A DNA stretch of 62,456 nt, counting the filler, from Porpidia crustulata (Eukaryota): NCBI GenBank assembly GCA_964255105.1. It is 8 parts of 8 records of this genome, joined end to end, with 100 filler letters (N's around TTAATTAATTAA, not from the genome) between each part and the next. Parts side by side here need not be neighbours in the genome. Positions count along the whole stretch, not along the records: positions 54,756 to 62,456 come from CAXUWE010001254.1; 7 more parts are not named here. One strand, given 5' to 3'. Below, one piece after another: positions 60,752-62,456 of this stretch (its first letter is position 1; every line of letters starts with the position of its first letter). The translations under genes were made by a program, and so were the position numbers. The notes under the pieces are model-generated. The model did not search any database. It was given only the letters and a program-made list of their open reading frames with translations, and was not told where the DNA came from.

Positions 60752-62227
60752 ATGCCGCGTGTGCAAGAACACCCAGATAAGCCTGACGGCGGCCGCAAGT
60801 ATGGTGCTTTCCAAAAGGTAGAGCTACCGTAATGGAAGACAGCGAGCAAGAACGTGGATGCTGAAATACGCGGTAGGATATTTATATGGACGGTCTCAAG
60901 AAGAACCGATTACCCACAGTGACGACTGATCCGAACAAGCTCGAGGAGCAGGCAAGACACCATCTAGGGGCTAGGAGCTATAATTATGTTGCCGGCGGGG
61001 CAGGTGAAAGAGCTACCATGGATGCCAATCGGTTGGCGTTTAGGCAGTGGAAGGTTGGAGTGCCGGCAGACTATGTCTTCAAAGGCTGAACGTCAAATCA
61101 GATGGTCCCCCGCATGCTACGACAAACCACGCATCGTGACCTGACTGTAGAGCTGTTCGGGGAGAAATTCGACTCCCCGATATTAGTTGCTCCTATTGGC
61201 GTTCAATCGATATTCCACCAAGACAAAGAAACCGGTGTTGCGGAGGTCGCCGCGGAGATTGGAGTACCCTACATCCTTAGTACTGCATCAAGTAGTAGCA
61301 TCGAAGACGTGGCAAAAGCAAGCGGAGATGGAACAAGATGGTTTCAGCTATATTGGCCGCAAGAAGACAGCATCACAATCTCTGTCCGTGTCCCCCAATA
61401 TTGCTAAACCCCAATACGTATCAACTAATACTCACCTCCCAATCCAGCTCCTCCACCGCGCCAAATCCGCCGGCTTCAAAGTCCTAGTCGTAACTCTCGA
61501 TACCTGGACCTTCTCCTGGCGCCCCGCCGACCTCGACAACGCCTACGTCCCCTTCGCCTCCGGCATCGGCAACCAAACCGGCTTCTCCGACCCCGTCTTC
61601 CGCGCCCGCTTCACCCAAAAACACGGCAAGCAAATCGAAGACGACGTCTTCCTCGCCTCCCAGGAATGGGAAGCCGACGTCTTCTCCGGCGCGGCGCACA
61701 CCTGGGACCAGCTGGCGCTGCTGAAGCGGCACTGGGACGGCCCGATCGTGCTCAAGGGGATCCAGCACGTCGACGACGCGCGCATGGCCGTGGCCGCCGG
61801 GGTCGCGGGCATCGTGGTGAGCAACCACGGGGGCCGGCAGCTGGACGGGGCGATTGACAGTTTGGAGGTGCTGCCGGAGATCGCGGAGGCGGTGGGAGCG
61901 GACATCACCGTGCTGTTTGACAGCGGGATCCGCACCGGCGTCGATGTCATCAAGGCGTTGTGTCTCGGGGCTAAGGGCGTCCTGGTCGGGAGGTCGTGGG
62001 TCTACGGTCTCGCGGTCGGTGGGAAGTTGGGCGCCCGGGATGCATTGAGGGGGCTTTTGGCAGTGCGTGGGCTTTTCATCACCTACACTACATTCCCCCG
62101 TGACTGATGACGCAAATAGGATCTGGATCAAAGCATGGGCCTGGCGGGCATACGCACGATCGCCGAGTGCGATCGGAGTATGGTCAGGATGGTCCAGTAC
62201 GGGGGCGATGTGAAATCGTCGAATTAG
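60752..62227 (+). CDS. FMN-dependent alpha-hydroxy-acid oxidase (lactate 2-monooxygenase-like)
   Basis: YNYVAGGAGERATMDANRLAF; PILVAPIGVQ; WFQLYWP; VVTLDT..WRPADLD; IVLKGI; VVSNHGGRQLDG; LFDSGIRTG. Five exons ending GGDVKSSN*. Confidence 0.95.
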
Positions 62228-62456
62228 GGGGGAATCCCATGGGTGTGAGGGGTTTGATCGGTTTTGCTATGTGAAGCTTGGTGCGCAAACAAGATGAAGG
62301 CATCAACGCGTCATAATTAATGACATGACGATCGACATCGCAAGAAGGGTATCGTGGTCGCAAGTCGCCGCACGTACCTCCAGCATCCCTCATCGCACAT
62401 GTCGAAGCAAGGGATGGTTTTTAGGCAGCGTCGGGAAGATGAAGGATGAGATACGG

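Noticed and set aside
61440..62060. Recent bacterial horizontal transfer suggested by high GC in the oxidase gene
   Set aside because: The gene has four spliceosomal introns, and the same GC islands occur in core genes such as RAD3 and SID2.
61484..62131. Long antisense ORFs (also 51910-52506, 58554-59030, 43159-43527)
   Set aside because: These are shadows of real genes on the opposite strand, with no independent motifs.

Overview
This is fungal (Pezizomycotina; a lichen-forming fungus is plausible but is inference only) nuclear DNA with spliceosomal introns. It is not one locus. It is eight contigs (1-7731, 7832-15561, 15662-23390, 23491-31210, 31311-39026, 39127-46842, 46943-54655, 54756-62456) in non-increasing length order (7731, 7730, 7729, 7720, 7716, 7716, 7713, 7701 bp), joined by artificial 100-bp N44-TTAATTAATTAA-N44 linkers, so no linkage can be inferred across linkers. 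Contigs 1-3 look accessory. They hold a decayed NRPS-like adenylation gene, an intact PTH11-like receptor, a head-to-head HET-domain/AAA+ ATPase pair with both genes damaged, a secreted subtilase, a pseudogene of an unnamed fungal family, and candidate transposon ends. Contigs 4-8 hold mostly intact genes: LTN1/RKR1, RAD3/XPD, a secreted protein with a truncated-globin-like motif next to a laccase, ARP4, IPI1, roadblock/LC7, an amino-acid transporter, HSP12, WBP11, a siderophore transporter with paired SreA-type sites, a GFA/CENP-V protein, small secreted Cys proteins, SID2/DBF2, REC8 and an FMN-dependent 2-hydroxy-acid oxidase. The best leads are the co-decayed HET + AAA ATPase pair (a candidate two-gene allorecognition/immunity module), the secreted globin-like protein, and recurrent C-rich-to-G-rich skew islands that coincide with contig breaks. 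All calls come from reading the sequence by eye; no database searches were run.
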